A stretch of 64,000 bases of DNA from Patescibacteria group bacterium (GCA_023379265.1 JAMCUI010000011.1:4030-68029); one strand, 5' to 3'; shown: positions 19,254 to 30,479, counted from the first letter of the stretch. The notes: a model not told the origin generated them from the sequence alone. Made by a program: numbers and translations.

Positions 19254-19667
19254 CTAATCCGGGACTCTTGGACGCATGCCTGGAGGCAAACCCCAGATTA
19301 CCCATTGGGTCATTCCGACTATAACAAAGCCGGCTATGATGACAATTACGGTTCCCCATGGATAATCATAGGGTAGAAAAGTGGGCGCTAGAAATAGCGT
19401 GAAGAGGCCAATCAGACACATCATTGATCCTGCCGCTTCGACCATACGCAGTATTTGCCTCACCACGAAATCCAACGCCCACCAATTTGGTAGTCGTCCC
19501 CGTGCGTTCTCAATCATCCCTATACTCAGCAACAAGAAAATCAACGTTGCTAAAGTCAAAAGGATGGCAAGACCGCTGAAGGGCCAACGTAACCAAATCA
19601 GTGCGAGGATCAATAGATCGATCCCCCACATTTTGCCCCAGATCGGAATCCTGTTTACTAATTCCAT
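19254..19667 (-). CDS. Hypothetical 4-TM, Trp-rich membrane protein
   Basis: This 137 aa ORF has four hydrophobic segments. It is locally GC-richer than its surroundings. I could not assign a homology. Confidence 0.4.
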   Translation of the reverse strand: MELVNRIPIWGKMWGIDLLILALIWLRWPFSGLAILLTLATLIFLLLSIGMIENARGRLPNWWALDFVVRQILRMVEAAGSMMCLIGLFTLFLAPTFLPYDYPWGTVIVIIAGFVIVGMTQWVIWGLPPGMRPRVPD

Positions 19668-20194
19668 CAGTGGAATTCCTTTCTAGCCGGATTATCTGAT
19701 TCTTTGTCCCTTTGCAGATTTTTTTCAAGTGTATCCCACGGTTTTTCAACCACACTTGTTTTCATTTTGCACGCGAAATTGTGCACCGGAAAAAGAGAGA
19801 CAACCCGATAGCAAAAAAGAATATATTCTTTTCTTTTAACGGATTGTCTCAGCAATATTAATGTGCAAAGATCCGATGTGATAATAGCAGAGGGTTAAAA
19901 CTATAGCAATTTTATGGGAAAAAGGGGAAATTAAAATATGTTTACAGTTTACATTACCAGAAAAATGTCCGGCAGAATCAAAATCATATCCACTAAAACT
20001 ATTTCCAGAAAATGTTATTGAAATATGATTTCTATTTCCATAATGATAAAGTGAAAATGTATCGCCTGATCTGCTACCACTTATATGACATTTTTGGTCA
20101 TAATCGTACAATGAGACATTTCCGTTCTTACACCCTTAAACTTTCCTCCAGAAGAAAATCCGAGGTCCTATTTTACTAAATTTTATAGGGTATT

Positions 20195-23100
20195 CTAATT
20201 TCCACCACTCCAATCTTTGCAAAGTAAATTTGCTTGCTCTAAAACGGTTTGGGTGGCACTTTCCTGCTTATCCGGTGGATAATTATACTTGCGTAGCAGC
20301 TTTTTAACATAAACCCTGAGTTTCGCCTGAACATTTTCCTTTATAGTCCAGTCAATCGTTGTGTTTTTGCGAAGCATGGAAACCAACTCTCTGGCAATCT
20401 GCATAAGTGTTTCGTCTCCTAATTCCCGAATTGCACTTTCATTGATACAAAGCGCATCATAAAAGGCTACTTCCTCAGGACTGAGTCCGATCTCTTTTCC
20501 TCTTTCTTTTTCTGCCCTTATTTTTTTAGCCAGTACTACAAGTTCTGCTATCACTTGAGCCGCTTCAATCGTACGGTTTTGATATTTTTTTATCGTATCC
20601 TCCAACATTTTGGCAAATGACCGTGATTTTACTAAGTTACTCCTCATCATGGTTATGACTTCATCATTTAAAAGACGTTTAAGCATTTCAAAAGCTAAAT
20701 TCTTATGAGGTAAACCTTTTACCTCAGCTAAAAATTCATCTGAAAGTATTGAAATGTCCGGCGCTTTTAATCCTGTGGCCGAATAGATATCGATAACCTT
20801 ATCTGAAACAATCGCTCCAGAAACGATTTGCTTAATAGCCTCTTGATAATCTTCATCTGTCGGACCTCCTCTGCCACCACCATCCCCACCCCCAGCTTTT
20901 CTTATTCCGGCTTTAACGGATTGGAAAAACGCTACTTCATCTCTAATTCTTATTGCTTCTTCGTGAGGCACGGATAATGAAAAAGCAAACGAGAGCTCTG
21001 TGACAGCTTGAACATACCGTTTCTCACCATCTTCTAAACCAAAAACAAAGTCAATCGCTCCCGCTATCATTCGTGTTCTATCCGACGCAGAACCATGAAG
21101 GTCTTTCTTATAATCAAATCCATGATACATACCTGAGACCACCTCATATTTTTCAAGCATAACCATCACCGCTTCTTCTTGAGGTATTGCAACTTTCTTC
21201 CGGTCGTTATCAGCATAGTAGGCAAGGGCTTCTTTTAACTCCGGTGCGATACCCAAATAGTCTACAATCAAGCCTCCTTGTTTGTCTTTGAAAACTCTGT
21301 TTACCCGGGCAATAGTCTGCATCAATCCGTGGCCTTTCATGGGTTTATCGATATACATCGTATGAAGGCTTGGCACATCAAATCCGGTAAGCCACATATC
21401 CCGGACGATAACCAGCTTTAGCTCATCATTGGGATCTTTCATCCTGTTAGCCATATCATGACGTGCCTTTTTGGTTCTGATATGTTTTTGCCAATCCAAA
21501 GGATCCATAGCAGATCCAGTCATTACTATCTTTAGAAAACCACTATTGTCATCTTCTGTTGCCCAGTCAGGACGCAGTTTGGCAATTTCGTTATATAGTT
21601 CAACCGCAATTCTTCGGCTCATCACTACAATCATTCCTTTACCCTCAACTGCGGTAAGTCTATCTTCAAAATGTTCAACTACGTCATGAGCGATAAGAGA
21701 AATTCGCTTAGGAGCACCAACCAAAGCCTCAAGTCGTGCCCACTTGCTTTTAAGTTTCTCTTTCTTTTCAATCTCTTCTCCTTCAGTTAATTCCTCAAAT
21801 TCAGGATCAATCTTTGGTCTTTCTTCTTCTTTCAGGGAAATCTTGGCAAGTCTGGCCTCATAATAAATCGGCACCGTTGCTTTATCTTCAACGGCATGCG
21901 ACACATCGTAGATATCAATATAGTCTCCGAATACTGCCCTGGTATTTTTATCGGTTAGTTCAATTGGGGTTCCGGTAAAGCCAATAAACGAAGCGTTGGG
22001 AAGAGCATCACGCATATATCTTGCAAAACCATCAACAAAATCGTACTGGCTGCGGTGGGCTTCATCAGCAATCACTACGATATTTCTTCTGTCTGACAAA
22101 AGCGGATACTCTTGACAACCGTTTTCAGGAAAAAACTTTTGTATCGTGGTAAAAATCACTCCACCTGAAGCAACTTTAAGATACTCTTTTAATTGCTCTC
22201 TGTCTTCCGCCTGTTTGGGGGTTTGGCGCAGTAAGCTTGAGCATCTGGAAAACGTCCCAAACAATTGGTCGTCAAGATCGTTCCTGTCCGTCAAAACCAC
22301 AATTGTCGGGTTACTAAGATCTTGAATAATCCTGCCCGCATAAAACACCATCGTCAAACTCTTACCTGACCCTTGTGTATGCCAGACAACACCGCAGCGC
22401 CTGTCTCCCTCTTTTTTCGTGGCCTCAATTGTCTTTTTAACCGCCTTATTTGTGGCGTGATATTGATGGTAGGCAGCTACTTTTTTAGTAATCTTCTCTC
22501 CGTCTGTCTCAAACACTACAAAGTTATTGACGATATCTAAAAGTCTTTTCTTTTCAAAAATTCCTTTAAGTAAAACCTCTAATTGAGGTAAAGAATTGGG
22601 CGCCAATTCATCTCCGTCAATTGTTCGCCATCTGGTAAACCATTCTTTGTTAGCAGAAATCGTGCCAACTCTGGCTTCCATACCATCACTGATAATTGAT
22701 AGTTCGTTAAAGGCAAAAAGTGTAGGAATATCGTTCTTGTAGGTTTGAATTTGATTAAACGCTCCGCCGATTGTCGCCCCTGTATCTGCCGGGTTCTTCA
22801 GTTCAATAACCGCAACAGGTAAACCATTTATAAAGATAACTACATCCGGCCGTCTTTGGCTTCTTCCTTCGATAATTGTAAATTGGTTTACTGCAAGAAA
22901 ATCGTTCTTGTCAGGATTTTCTGTATCTAAAATTTTTACTTTGTCTCCAGCGATTGAACCATCCGGCCGTTTATATTCAATATCAATCCCGTCTCGAAGC
23001 ATGGTATGAAAGGCTTTGTTATTAACAATGAGTTTAGGACTGGTAGTTGGTACACGGAGGACTTTTCGTAATGCTTCGTCTTTTGCTTCATCCGGTATTT

Positions 23101-23284
23101 GAGGATTGAATTTGTTAATAGCGTTTTTTAGTCTTTCAACCAGTACCACATCTTGATAACTGGTACGTTCCGGCTTCTCACCATCGGGGGGTGGGGCAAT
23201 TTCAGGTCCTCCGACAACACTATATCCCAGCTCGGCAAGCCATTCGAGCGTTGCCTGTTCTAAGTCTGATTCCGTATATTTCAT
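20195..23284 (-). CDS. hsdR: Type I restriction enzyme R subunit
   Basis: It is 1029 aa. The N-terminal nuclease region ([18 protein letters not shown]) is followed by SF2 helicase motifs ([14 protein letters not shown]; [10 protein letters not shown]). Its start overlaps the upstream gene's stop by 4 bp. Confidence 0.9.
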   Translation of the reverse strand: MKYTESDLEQATLEWLAELGYSVVGGPEIAPPPDGEKPERTSYQDVVLVERLKNAINKFNPQIPDEAKDEALRKVLRVPTTSPKLIVNNKAFHTMLRDGIDIEYKRPDGSIAGDKVKILDTENPDKNDFLAVNQFTIIEGRSQRRPDVVIFINGLPVAVIELKNPADTGATIGGAFNQIQTYKNDIPTLFAFNELSIISDGMEARVGTISANKEWFTRWRTIDGDELAPNSLPQLEVLLKGIFEKKRLLDIVNNFVVFETDGEKITKKVAAYHQYHATNKAVKKTIEATKKEGDRRCGVVWHTQGSGKSLTMVFYAGRIIQDLSNPTIVVLTDRNDLDDQLFGTFSRCSSLLRQTPKQAEDREQLKEYLKVASGGVIFTTIQKFFPENGCQEYPLLSDRRNIVVIADEAHRSQYDFVDGFARYMRDALPNASFIGFTGTPIELTDKNTRAVFGDYIDIYDVSHAVEDKATVPIYYEARLAKISLKEEERPKIDPEFEELTEGEEIEKKEKLKSKWARLEALVGAPKRISLIAHDVVEHFEDRLTAVEGKGMIVVMSRRIAVELYNEIAKLRPDWATEDDNSGFLKIVMTGSAMDPLDWQKHIRTKKARHDMANRMKDPNDELKLVIVRDMWLTGFDVPSLHTMYIDKPMKGHGLMQTIARVNRVFKDKQGGLIVDYLGIAPELKEALAYYADNDRKKVAIPQEEAVMVMLEKYEVVSGMYHGFDYKKDLHGSASDRTRMIAGAIDFVFGLEDGEKRYVQAVTELSFAFSLSVPHEEAIRIRDEVAFFQSVKAGIRKAGGGDGGGRGGPTDEDYQEAIKQIVSGAIVSDKVIDIYSATGLKAPDISILSDEFLAEVKGLPHKNLAFEMLKRLLNDEVITMMRSNLVKSRSFAKMLEDTIKKYQNRTIEAAQVIAELVVLAKKIRAEKERGKEIGLSPEEVAFYDALCINESAIRELGDETLMQIARELVSMLRKNTTIDWTIKENVQAKLRVYVKKLLRKYNYPPDKQESATQTVLEQANLLCKDWSGGN

Positions 23285-24069
23285 CGTGTATATCTTTCAA
23301 TAAGTAAAAATAATATACAAAGCAAAGTGATAACAGAAATAAATACTAATTTTTTTAATAAAAATGGTATTTTTTTATCATAATCTTCCAGCTTCTTAAA
23401 AATTTCCTGATAAAGAGAATTATATAAATAATTTAAGGAGTCAATTTGACCTTGATTACCGATAAGTTGGTTGTGGATTGTATCATTGGTTAAATATAAC
23501 CTATAGGCTAAATAATGCATATTCCTGTCGATTTTAATTTTACTCTTTGAAAGATTATCTACCGACAGTGAAAAAGCAGGAAACAATACTGCTCTTTTTC
23601 TTAATCCATTATTTTCTAAAAAATCTTGTAAACTACCGGAAAGAATCGGGTTAGCAGTAATGTTATACATCTGGTAATCAAGTTGTTGGTTAAAAGCAAC
23701 TATTCTTTCGTTAAATAAACTAATTTGTCGATATAGTTTTTTTGAAATAACCCTCGAATCACTAATTCCTCGCCTTGCAATTTCCACCGCAGATTCAAAT
23801 GATAATTTGAATACGATTTTATCAGGAGAAAACCATTCTTTGTCTTGATTTTTTATGTATATTCCACCAATCCAAGATGACTGCGCCATTAGTTCATCAA
23901 GAAAAGATTGAAGAAGAGCTTTCCAGGAATCATATTTGTCTAAAATCGACCTTCGATAGGCAATAATTGCTAAAATAAAAGCAACAAAAGTTATCAAGTC
24001 ACCACTTTTGATTGGAGAAAGATAAAAACAGATGAAATCTAATATTAAGTACCCAATTTGATTGCACAT
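23281..24069 (-). CDS. Hypothetical protein with two TM segments, embedded between hsdS and hsdR
   Basis: This 262 aa protein has an N-terminal TM ([14 protein letters not shown]), a C-terminal TM ([17 protein letters not shown]) and a ~180 aa soluble middle. The ATGA overlap with hsdR and the 1-bp gap to hsdS imply co-translation with the restriction-modification genes. Confidence 0.5.
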   Translation of the reverse strand: MCNQIGYLILDFICFYLSPIKSGDLITFVAFILAIIAYRRSILDKYDSWKALLQSFLDELMAQSSWIGGIYIKNQDKEWFSPDKIVFKLSFESAVEIARRGISDSRVISKKLYRQISLFNERIVAFNQQLDYQMYNITANPILSGSLQDFLENNGLRKRAVLFPAFSLSVDNLSKSKIKIDRNMHYLAYRLYLTNDTIHNQLIGNQGQIDSLNYLYNSLYQEIFKKLEDYDKKIPFLLKKLVFISVITLLCILFLLIERYTR

Positions 24070-24070
24070 A

Positions 24071-25702
24071 TCAATTCACCCTTAATTTTCCACTCATCAA
24101 CCTTGGTAGTAAAACATTGCGAACCTTACTTAAGTTAATATTTAGCTTTGCTAACAAGACAATTTGCCTTGATATATTCAAAGTCAATTCCGAGTAGTAT
24201 TTAAGCAATACAGAATCAATGTTTGAGAGCACGATCTTATATTCCGACATCTGATTCCAACTAGTTCTTGGCATTTTCGTACCAGTAGATGCATTACTTA
24301 TTTGGGATATAAATTTGTCATCAAACAGAGTAAATAGCATCGGTCCTAAGTATTTTTCATCCTTAGGTTTAATCACTAAAATATCTGTAGAACATATTCC
24401 CTCGAATGGAGCTACTGCAACATTTTTAAAATATGGTCTTAATTTGCCAAAAAGAATGTCTCCTATTGAAAATGACCATTTATCACTAGAAACCTCTGTT
24501 GAAAAACCATAGTTTTCTAATGAGAGTGATCCTCCTGTAAAATGTTCTAAACCTATATACTTAGACTCGGATGATACCGCTCTTGGTTTTATTTTTATCC
24601 TTATATTCTCTGAAATATCACAAAGTTTTTTTATTTCCCATCCCTTCGGTATCTCTCCTAATTCCGACTCAACCATCTCGCCGCCTGCCTGCCTGAGCCT
24701 ACCGGCTATTTCTTCCCGATCCAACCACTTTCTACCAAAACCGGTTTTCAACCACTTTTCTCGAGCTGCTGCCTCCTGTTTGTTTGAAAGTCCTTCCCAA
24801 TGAATAATCTTTACCGGTTTATATTGAAGTGTATATTTTGCACCAGTTCCAGTAACGTGTTCATGATATCGTTTAAGAATAAAATCAGTCATGCCTATGT
24901 AGCGGTATCCGTTTTCCAGCTCGAGAACATAAACAAAATACTTATCAGACTCAGGCGCAGGTAAACCGCCAAATGATTTGTAGCCATAGCACATCAACTC
25001 AAGATGCGCGGCTTGCGTGCGCTCGCCATAGGCGAGCAGGCACGGAAATTCGAAATCCACAAACCACCTATTAAAAAGCGCTTTTCCAATTTCCTCTAAA
25101 GCCGTATTCATCTTTTTATTGAGTTCGATCCTGTCATCAAGAGAAGAAAGAAAACCCGCAATCTGTTTCTGTTGTTGCATCGGAGGACATGGGGCTAATA
25201 TCTTCTTAAAATCGGTTTTATTGAACTTAGGCACTGCACTCCCACTTTTAATATCGTTTAAGGCCTGTTGACCATATATACTCTTTAACCAGTAATAGAA
25301 AAAAGTGTCATCGTATTTTGTCTTAAGGGTTATCGAGTTTGGTCCTAACGTCATTGGGTAATTTAACTGAGGTGCTCTATAAACAGTCCCAGAGTATTCA
25401 CCAACATTAGAAATAATAATTTCACCACCAGTTAATTTTGATTTTTTAAGATATTCATATCCCTCTTTATTTACATAAACAAAATTCCCTTGAAAATTTT
25501 TATTGTAATCAGCTAATCGAATAAGTACTGCGTGGTCAGGGATATCGTTATACCTAACATGAAATTTAAGAGAAGCGAAACTCCCGTTTGCTACATAATC
25601 TGTAACAACACTACATATTTGAGCCATCGTCTCCACCTTCCAATCCTCAGGAATATTGCCGATTTCAGTTTGTTTATATTTCGTTTGACTTTTGTTTGAC
25701 AT
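24071..25702 (-). CDS. hsdS: Type I restriction-modification specificity subunit with an in-frame GIY-YIG (YhbQ/Slx1-type) nuclease domain between the central conserved region and TRD2
   Basis: Two target-recognition domains bracket the conserved ...ALFNRWFVDFEFP and C-terminal ...LPRLMSGKLRV elements. Residues ~240-340 read YFVYVLELENGYRYIGMTDFILKRYHEHVTGTGAKYTLQYKPVKIIHWEGLSNKQEAAAREKWLK, which is the GIY...YIG / R / H / GAKYT / E signature. Confidence 0.85.
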   Translation of the reverse strand: MSNKSQTKYKQTEIGNIPEDWKVETMAQICSVVTDYVANGSFASLKFHVRYNDIPDHAVLIRLADYNKNFQGNFVYVNKEGYEYLKKSKLTGGEIIISNVGEYSGTVYRAPQLNYPMTLGPNSITLKTKYDDTFFYYWLKSIYGQQALNDIKSGSAVPKFNKTDFKKILAPCPPMQQQKQIAGFLSSLDDRIELNKKMNTALEEIGKALFNRWFVDFEFPCLLAYGERTQAAHLELMCYGYKSFGGLPAPESDKYFVYVLELENGYRYIGMTDFILKRYHEHVTGTGAKYTLQYKPVKIIHWEGLSNKQEAAAREKWLKTGFGRKWLDREEIAGRLRQAGGEMVESELGEIPKGWEIKKLCDISENIRIKIKPRAVSSESKYIGLEHFTGGSLSLENYGFSTEVSSDKWSFSIGDILFGKLRPYFKNVAVAPFEGICSTDILVIKPKDEKYLGPMLFTLFDDKFISQISNASTGTKMPRTSWNQMSEYKIVLSNIDSVLLKYYSELTLNISRQIVLLAKLNINLSKVRNVLLPRLMSGKLRVN

Positions 25703-25787
25703 GTTGTATATACTAAGAATGCAGGTGTTGGGTAGGTTTACCTACCAGCAGGGAGGCATAGATTGCATCTATACCCTCCCCATCCTG

Positions 25788-26477
25788 CTACTTTCTACTC
25801 CAATCTACTTCCCAACAATTAAACTTGTTTTTTCCGACTTTTCTTTTAAGTTCCAGCACTTTTTGAGCGATTCTTGTTTTGTTTCCTTCTTTATCTCCAG
25901 AATCTGGATTTAATGAATATAAGAAACCACCCAAAAGCATATCCGCAAGTTGAACAGGTAAAACTCCGTGAGATTCTGTTTGGAGAATATTGTATACTTT
26001 TGGAATATCTTGACAAACAAATTCAATCTTTTTCCGGGAATCCTTTGGTTTACGTTGATAATCTGCAATGATGATGGTTTCTTCACTTTTCCACACAGTT
26101 TTTTTGACCAGCATTTTAATAAATGAGACATATTTTCCCCATCTCTGTATATGATTAGCTGGTTTAATAAAACCTATATCGTTTGTATCAAAATACAAAC
26201 AATTAAATTCCCAATCATAATCTCCATCAAGCTTGCTAATAAAATCAATGTCGAATTGAATACTTTTTGATGTTGTACTTTTAAAACTGAATTCCACTTT
26301 TGTTTCATCTTTCTTTAATTGACTGACCAATCCTTCGTAAACAGGATGAAGACGTTCGAGCAACGCTATTGGTTTTATGTGCTTAAATGCACCAATACCA
26401 AAGTATGACTTTCCATCATGAACTGGATTTAATACCCCACTTTCATCTATAAAAGTAAAGGTTTTAATTACCGTCAT
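25788..26477 (-). CDS. DUF3800-like protein embedded between hsdM and hsdS
   Basis: The N-terminus [18 protein letters not shown] matches the DUF3800 hallmark (hydrophobic-x-DESG). It is 229 aa and its stop overlaps the hsdM start region (26474-26477). Confidence 0.55.
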   Translation of the reverse strand: MTVIKTFTFIDESGVLNPVHDGKSYFGIGAFKHIKPIALLERLHPVYEGLVSQLKKDETKVEFSFKSTTSKSIQFDIDFISKLDGDYDWEFNCLYFDTNDIGFIKPANHIQRWGKYVSFIKMLVKKTVWKSEETIIIADYQRKPKDSRKKIEFVCQDIPKVYNILQTESHGVLPVQLADMLLGGFLYSLNPDSGDKEGNKTRIAQKVLELKRKVGKNKFNCWEVDWSRK

Positions 26478-28000
26478 ACTTTGAATCCAACTTTTTCTAA
26501 ATTTTCTCTAATTTTCTGTTCTAAATCCTTTGACTGTTTAAATTGTTCTGATAATTCTTTTGTTAACCTTGTCATCTTTTCCTCAAAGGCCTCATCGTCT
26601 TCCTCTACAAAGTCCGTGCCTACATAACGGCCGGGAGTCAAAACGTATCCGTTCTTTTCGACTTCTTCTATCGATGTTGCCTTGCAAAAACCCTTTATAT
26701 CTTCATATTTACCGTTTTTGTTTCTCCAGTTGTGATATGTTCCTGATATTTGTTGCAGTTCCTCATCCGAAAGTTCCCTGTGTCTTCGGTCAACCAGTTT
26801 TCCCAGCTTACGGGCGTCAATAAAGAGTATTTCATCATGTCTGTCTCTGAATTTGTTGTTATAGCGGTCTCTTGACACAAACCAAAGGCAAGCCGGAATC
26901 TGGACGGTATAAAAAAGTTTATCCGGCATGGCTAAAATACAATCAACCAGTCCGGCTTTTATCATCTTTTTCCTGATTTCTCCCTCGCCTGAAGTATTAG
27001 AGGATAGTGAACCGTTAGCCATGACAAACCCTGCTATACCTGTTGGTGATAAATGATGGATAAAGTGTTGAATCCATCCGTAGTTAGCATTTCCTGTCGG
27101 AGGAGTGCCGTATTTCCACCTTACGTCTTCCCGTAACCGCTCACCGCCCCAGTCGCTGATGTTAAAAGGAGGATTGGCAAGGATAAAATCTGCTTTTAGG
27201 TCTTTATGCTGGTCATTATGGAAGCTGTCACCCAGATAAATATGTTTGCTTTCGATCCCTCTAATAGCCAGATTCATCTTACAAAGCCGCCAGGTGGTAG
27301 CGTTTGACTCCTGCCCGAAGATCGAAACGTCATCAACCCGCCCGCCATGGCTTTCTGCAAACTTCTCGCTTTGCACAAACATCCCGCCACTGCCACAACA
27401 CGGATCAAACACTCTCCCTTTGTATGGCTCAAGCACCGATACCAGAAGTTTGACTACAGATTGCGGGGTAAAGAACTCGCCGCCGCCTTTACCCTCTGCA
27501 CTAGCAAACCTTCCGATGAAATACTCGTAAACCCGGCCGAGTATATCCTTTGACCGGCTTTCCTTATCTCCTAAACCGATTGTGCCTATAAGATCAATAA
27601 GCTCTCCTAATCGCTGTTTATCTAAAGTGGGGCGGGCATAATCTTTGGGAAGCACCCCTTTAAGCGACGGGTTTTCTTTTTCGATTGCCACCATCGCATC
27701 ATCAACAAGTTTTCCAATTTCCGCTTTCTTGGCGTTTTGAAGTAGAAAATTCCAGCGGGCTTCTTGAGGTACCCAGAATACGTTCTCTGCTAAGTATTCG
27801 TCTTTATCCTCTGGATCTGATAATTTGTCAGCTTTTAATTTTTCGTGTAGTTCTTCGAAAGAGTCAGAGATATATTTAAGAAAGATAAGTCCCAATACAA
27901 CATGCTTATACTCTGAGGGGTCCATATTGTTCCGCATCTTATCGGCAGCCGCCCACAGTTTTTCCTCGAACCCCAGGTTTGCAGAAGTTGATTTAGCCAT
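26474..28000 (-). CDS. hsdM: Type I restriction-modification N6-adenine DNA methyltransferase subunit
   Basis: It has the [14 protein letters not shown] (NPPF) catalytic motif, the SAM-binding [11 protein letters not shown] motif and an HsdM N-terminal domain. Confidence 0.9.
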   Translation of the reverse strand: MAKSTSANLGFEEKLWAAADKMRNNMDPSEYKHVVLGLIFLKYISDSFEELHEKLKADKLSDPEDKDEYLAENVFWVPQEARWNFLLQNAKKAEIGKLVDDAMVAIEKENPSLKGVLPKDYARPTLDKQRLGELIDLIGTIGLGDKESRSKDILGRVYEYFIGRFASAEGKGGGEFFTPQSVVKLLVSVLEPYKGRVFDPCCGSGGMFVQSEKFAESHGGRVDDVSIFGQESNATTWRLCKMNLAIRGIESKHIYLGDSFHNDQHKDLKADFILANPPFNISDWGGERLREDVRWKYGTPPTGNANYGWIQHFIHHLSPTGIAGFVMANGSLSSNTSGEGEIRKKMIKAGLVDCILAMPDKLFYTVQIPACLWFVSRDRYNNKFRDRHDEILFIDARKLGKLVDRRHRELSDEELQQISGTYHNWRNKNGKYEDIKGFCKATSIEEVEKNGYVLTPGRYVGTDFVEEDDEAFEEKMTRLTKELSEQFKQSKDLEQKIRENLEKVGFKV

Positions 28001-28108
28001 AAATCGAATACCATTTAATAAATGACTTATTTTATCACTTTATCTGTAGGTAAACGAGAAGAAATGAGTTGCGGCAGTTCGCAAAATTTAATCCAAAAAA
28101 TACGGAGC

Positions 28109-28948
28109 TTATTTGCCTAAACCAGTAATAATTTGATTAGCTATACCTTCCAAAGAATTTTGCGTTTTGAAAAAATTTGCTTCCCAAGGAGGAGTAAATG
28201 AACTAGTTAATAGAACCGTATCCATCTGAAGCGCATGCGGTGTTACTAAATCAAATTCCCCTCCATTCCCAACAACAACATAAGGGTGTTGTCCCAGGGA
28301 TAAAATAATATTTCCATAGTGTTCTCTTCTTAATAAAACATCACGGCTATTAAGTCCTGGCAACTTCATACTCCACGGAACTCTACTCCAATTTGGGCTA
28401 ATTAGATTCTTATGAGCATTACCCCTTACCTCAATGTTTTCCATAGGAATATTATTACTACTTAAGAAAGGTTCCAGTTTCCTAAGAATATGATCCGGAT
28501 TTGAACCAGAAATAATAACAAGTTTACCAAGAGGTATTATTTCTTTAATTGTGTAAGCTGCATCTGGTCTATAAAAAGAATCTATTTGGGGATAACTTGT
28601 ATATTCTATCCCATCCAAAAATTGAGACATTGCTTCTTCATCTGGTAAACCAGGTTCCAAAGCTTGACGCATCTTTGCAATTGCCCGTTCAGCCGCTACT
28701 CGATTTAACACGATAGTATCAAATGAGGCTGAAGCAATAACAAAACCTTGATGATTTCTCCATCCGTAAACTTCCGGATGTTCTCTTAATTCATATCTTT
28801 CAGGTTCAAGATATTTTGTTACAACATCACTTGGTAAACCGGTTGCCTGTGAAAATTGTTCCTCAAATACGTCAGTATAGGCATCATGCGTCGCTTCAGG
28901 ATCAGTTAAAGTCCCGTCATGATCAAAAATAAATAATTCTTTTGACAT
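28109..28948 (-). CDS. HAD-superfamily hydrolase
   Basis: It has motif I FIFDHDGTLTD, motif II VIISGS and motif IV VGNGGEFD. Confidence 0.65.
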   Translation of the reverse strand: MSKELFIFDHDGTLTDPEATHDAYTDVFEEQFSQATGLPSDVVTKYLEPERYELREHPEVYGWRNHQGFVIASASFDTIVLNRVAAERAIAKMRQALEPGLPDEEAMSQFLDGIEYTSYPQIDSFYRPDAAYTIKEIIPLGKLVIISGSNPDHILRKLEPFLSSNNIPMENIEVRGNAHKNLISPNWSRVPWSMKLPGLNSRDVLLRREHYGNIILSLGQHPYVVVGNGGEFDLVTPHALQMDTVLLTSSFTPPWEANFFKTQNSLEGIANQIITGLGK

Positions 28949-28966
28949 AATAAAACTGATTTAGAT

Positions 28967-29647
28967 CTAATCAGCAATCTGAATACTGGAAGGTCGGGAT
29001 TTTGTCATATAACCTGGTGCAAGTAGTCTGTATTTGAAATCAGATATTTCTATCGGCCTTTTATCAGCAGCAAAATTTATCCCAAATACATAATTTCCAA
29101 AAGTAGTAAGCCAATCAACACGCCTTGGATAACTTATCGGCAAAAAAATTGGCAACTCTTTACTTGATGTTAGATTTTTATACTCTATTTTTTCTCCCCG
29201 CTTTTTATCATAAGCGAGAATTGAAACAAGCTCTGCCTCATCTGGTTTTTGGTTATCGACTTTATATCCAAGCTGATACGCTCTGTTAGAATCAAAATCA
29301 TGATACCAAGCTGTAAAACCACCACCCTTTAGACCGACCAAATCATGCTTTTCATCAAATAAGACATTCATTTCAAGAAGTCTAAGTTGCGGGCCATTTT
29401 CAATGGGAGAGTTAGTATTTATCTCAAGCACGCCGATATTTCTTAGTCCCTCCATTTTCTCTTTATCAGCAAAATCAATACCACGAAATCCGAGATATAT
29501 TGAGAAAATTGTACCCTTATCATCATGATAACTACTTTGCGCAAGACCCATGGGACCAGATTCAGTCCGATCTGATGTTTCCCATCCTTTAAATACTTTT
29601 TCTGCTTCAGAGGTTATATATGGATTAATTTCTTTCAGGTTCAACAT
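28967..29647 (-). CDS. Hypothetical protein (no recognisable motif)
   Basis: This 226 aa ORF shows coding-like composition and sits 18 bp upstream of the HAD hydrolase gene. Confidence 0.4.
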   Translation of the reverse strand: MLNLKEINPYITSEAEKVFKGWETSDRTESGPMGLAQSSYHDDKGTIFSIYLGFRGIDFADKEKMEGLRNIGVLEINTNSPIENGPQLRLLEMNVLFDEKHDLVGLKGGGFTAWYHDFDSNRAYQLGYKVDNQKPDEAELVSILAYDKKRGEKIEYKNLTSSKELPIFLPISYPRRVDWLTTFGNYVFGINFAADKRPIEISDFKYRLLAPGYMTKSRPSSIQIAD

Positions 29648-29736
29648 AAATTATTTCTATTATTATATATTGTCAGATCAAGCTATTATATAATTTTAAG
29701 TGAAATTTAACACAAGTGTTATAATTCAGTCAAAAT

Positions 29737-30477
29737 ATGATGGAACATCAACCGGATCCAGCACGTGGAACTACTATGGAACCTCATGTCTTAACAAGAG
29801 AAGAATTAATTGAAAACTTGCAAGGTATCAAAGCGAGAATAGAACAAGCAGCACGGAGTGTAGGAAGAAATTCATCTGAAATTACTATCGTCGGCGCTGC
29901 AAAAACAGTCCCTATTGAAACGCTTAATACTGCTATTGCTCTTGGAATTACTCACCTTGGAGAAAATTACGTGCAGGAGGCAACCAGGAAAAAACTAGCG
30001 CTTGTTCAACTAGGCGCAAATCCTACATGGCATATGATCGGTCATCTTCAGACAAACAAAGCAAAAGATGCGGTATCTATTTTTAATGTAATTGAGACTG
30101 TAGATTCTGTCCGTCTTGGGGAAGCGATTGCACATAGAGCGGTAAGAAAATCAATTCCCGTCATGCTGGAGGTCAATATAGGACAGGAAGTCACTAAGTC
30201 TGGCTTTGCGCCACAGAACTTAGCTGAAGCATATAGAACGTTAAGAGATTTACCGGAGCTCTCTATTGTAGGTTTGATGACAATTGCACCAGAAGTAACC
30301 AACTCAGAGGAAGTTAGACCAGTTTTCCGTCAGTTACGACAGTTAAAGGACGAACTGGGTTTAAGAGAGCTTTCTATGGGAATGACCAATGATTTTGAGA
30401 TAGCGATACAGGAAGGAGCAACTTTGGTCAGAATAGGTCGGGCGCTCTTCGGTGCACGTCCACAATCACAGAGATAA
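29737..30477 (+). CDS. yggS: YggS-family PLP homeostasis protein (alanine racemase N-terminal-like fold)
   Basis: ...[33 protein letters not shown]... matches the YggS K36/GENYVQE region. The likely true start is the M at 29776 (MEPHVL...). Confidence 0.8.
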   Translation: MMEHQPDPARGTTMEPHVLTREELIENLQGIKARIEQAARSVGRNSSEITIVGAAKTVPIETLNTAIALGITHLGENYVQEATRKKLALVQLGANPTWHMIGHLQTNKAKDAVSIFNVIETVDSVRLGEAIAHRAVRKSIPVMLEVNIGQEVTKSGFAPQNLAEAYRTLRDLPELSIVGLMTIAPEVTNSEEVRPVFRQLRQLKDELGLRELSMGMTNDFEIAIQEGATLVRIGRALFGARPQSQR

Positions 30478-30479
30478 AC

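Noticed and set aside
19381-19855. ORFs 19381-19686 (+), 19510-19755 (-) and 19667-19855 (-) near tRNA-Gly
   Set aside because: They overlap one another and the more protein-like 4-TM ORF. Their products are basic, low-complexity peptides, and there is no RBS or homology support.
19836-20111. 91 aa ORF downstream of hsdR with SG-rich repeats (HISGSRSGDTFS...FSGNSFSGYDFDSAGHFSGN)
   Set aside because: It could be a small protein, but the repeat-driven composition and lack of RBS or homology make it indistinguishable from a chance frame. I left it unannotated.
25703-25787. Compound hairpin (ggtaggt-ttac-ctacc and atagat-tgc-atctat) between the DUF3800 gene and hsdS
   Set aside because: It is real in sequence, but with only 85 bp of sequence I cannot tell whether it is an internal terminator, an RNase site or a chance palindrome. 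It is mentioned here rather than annotated.
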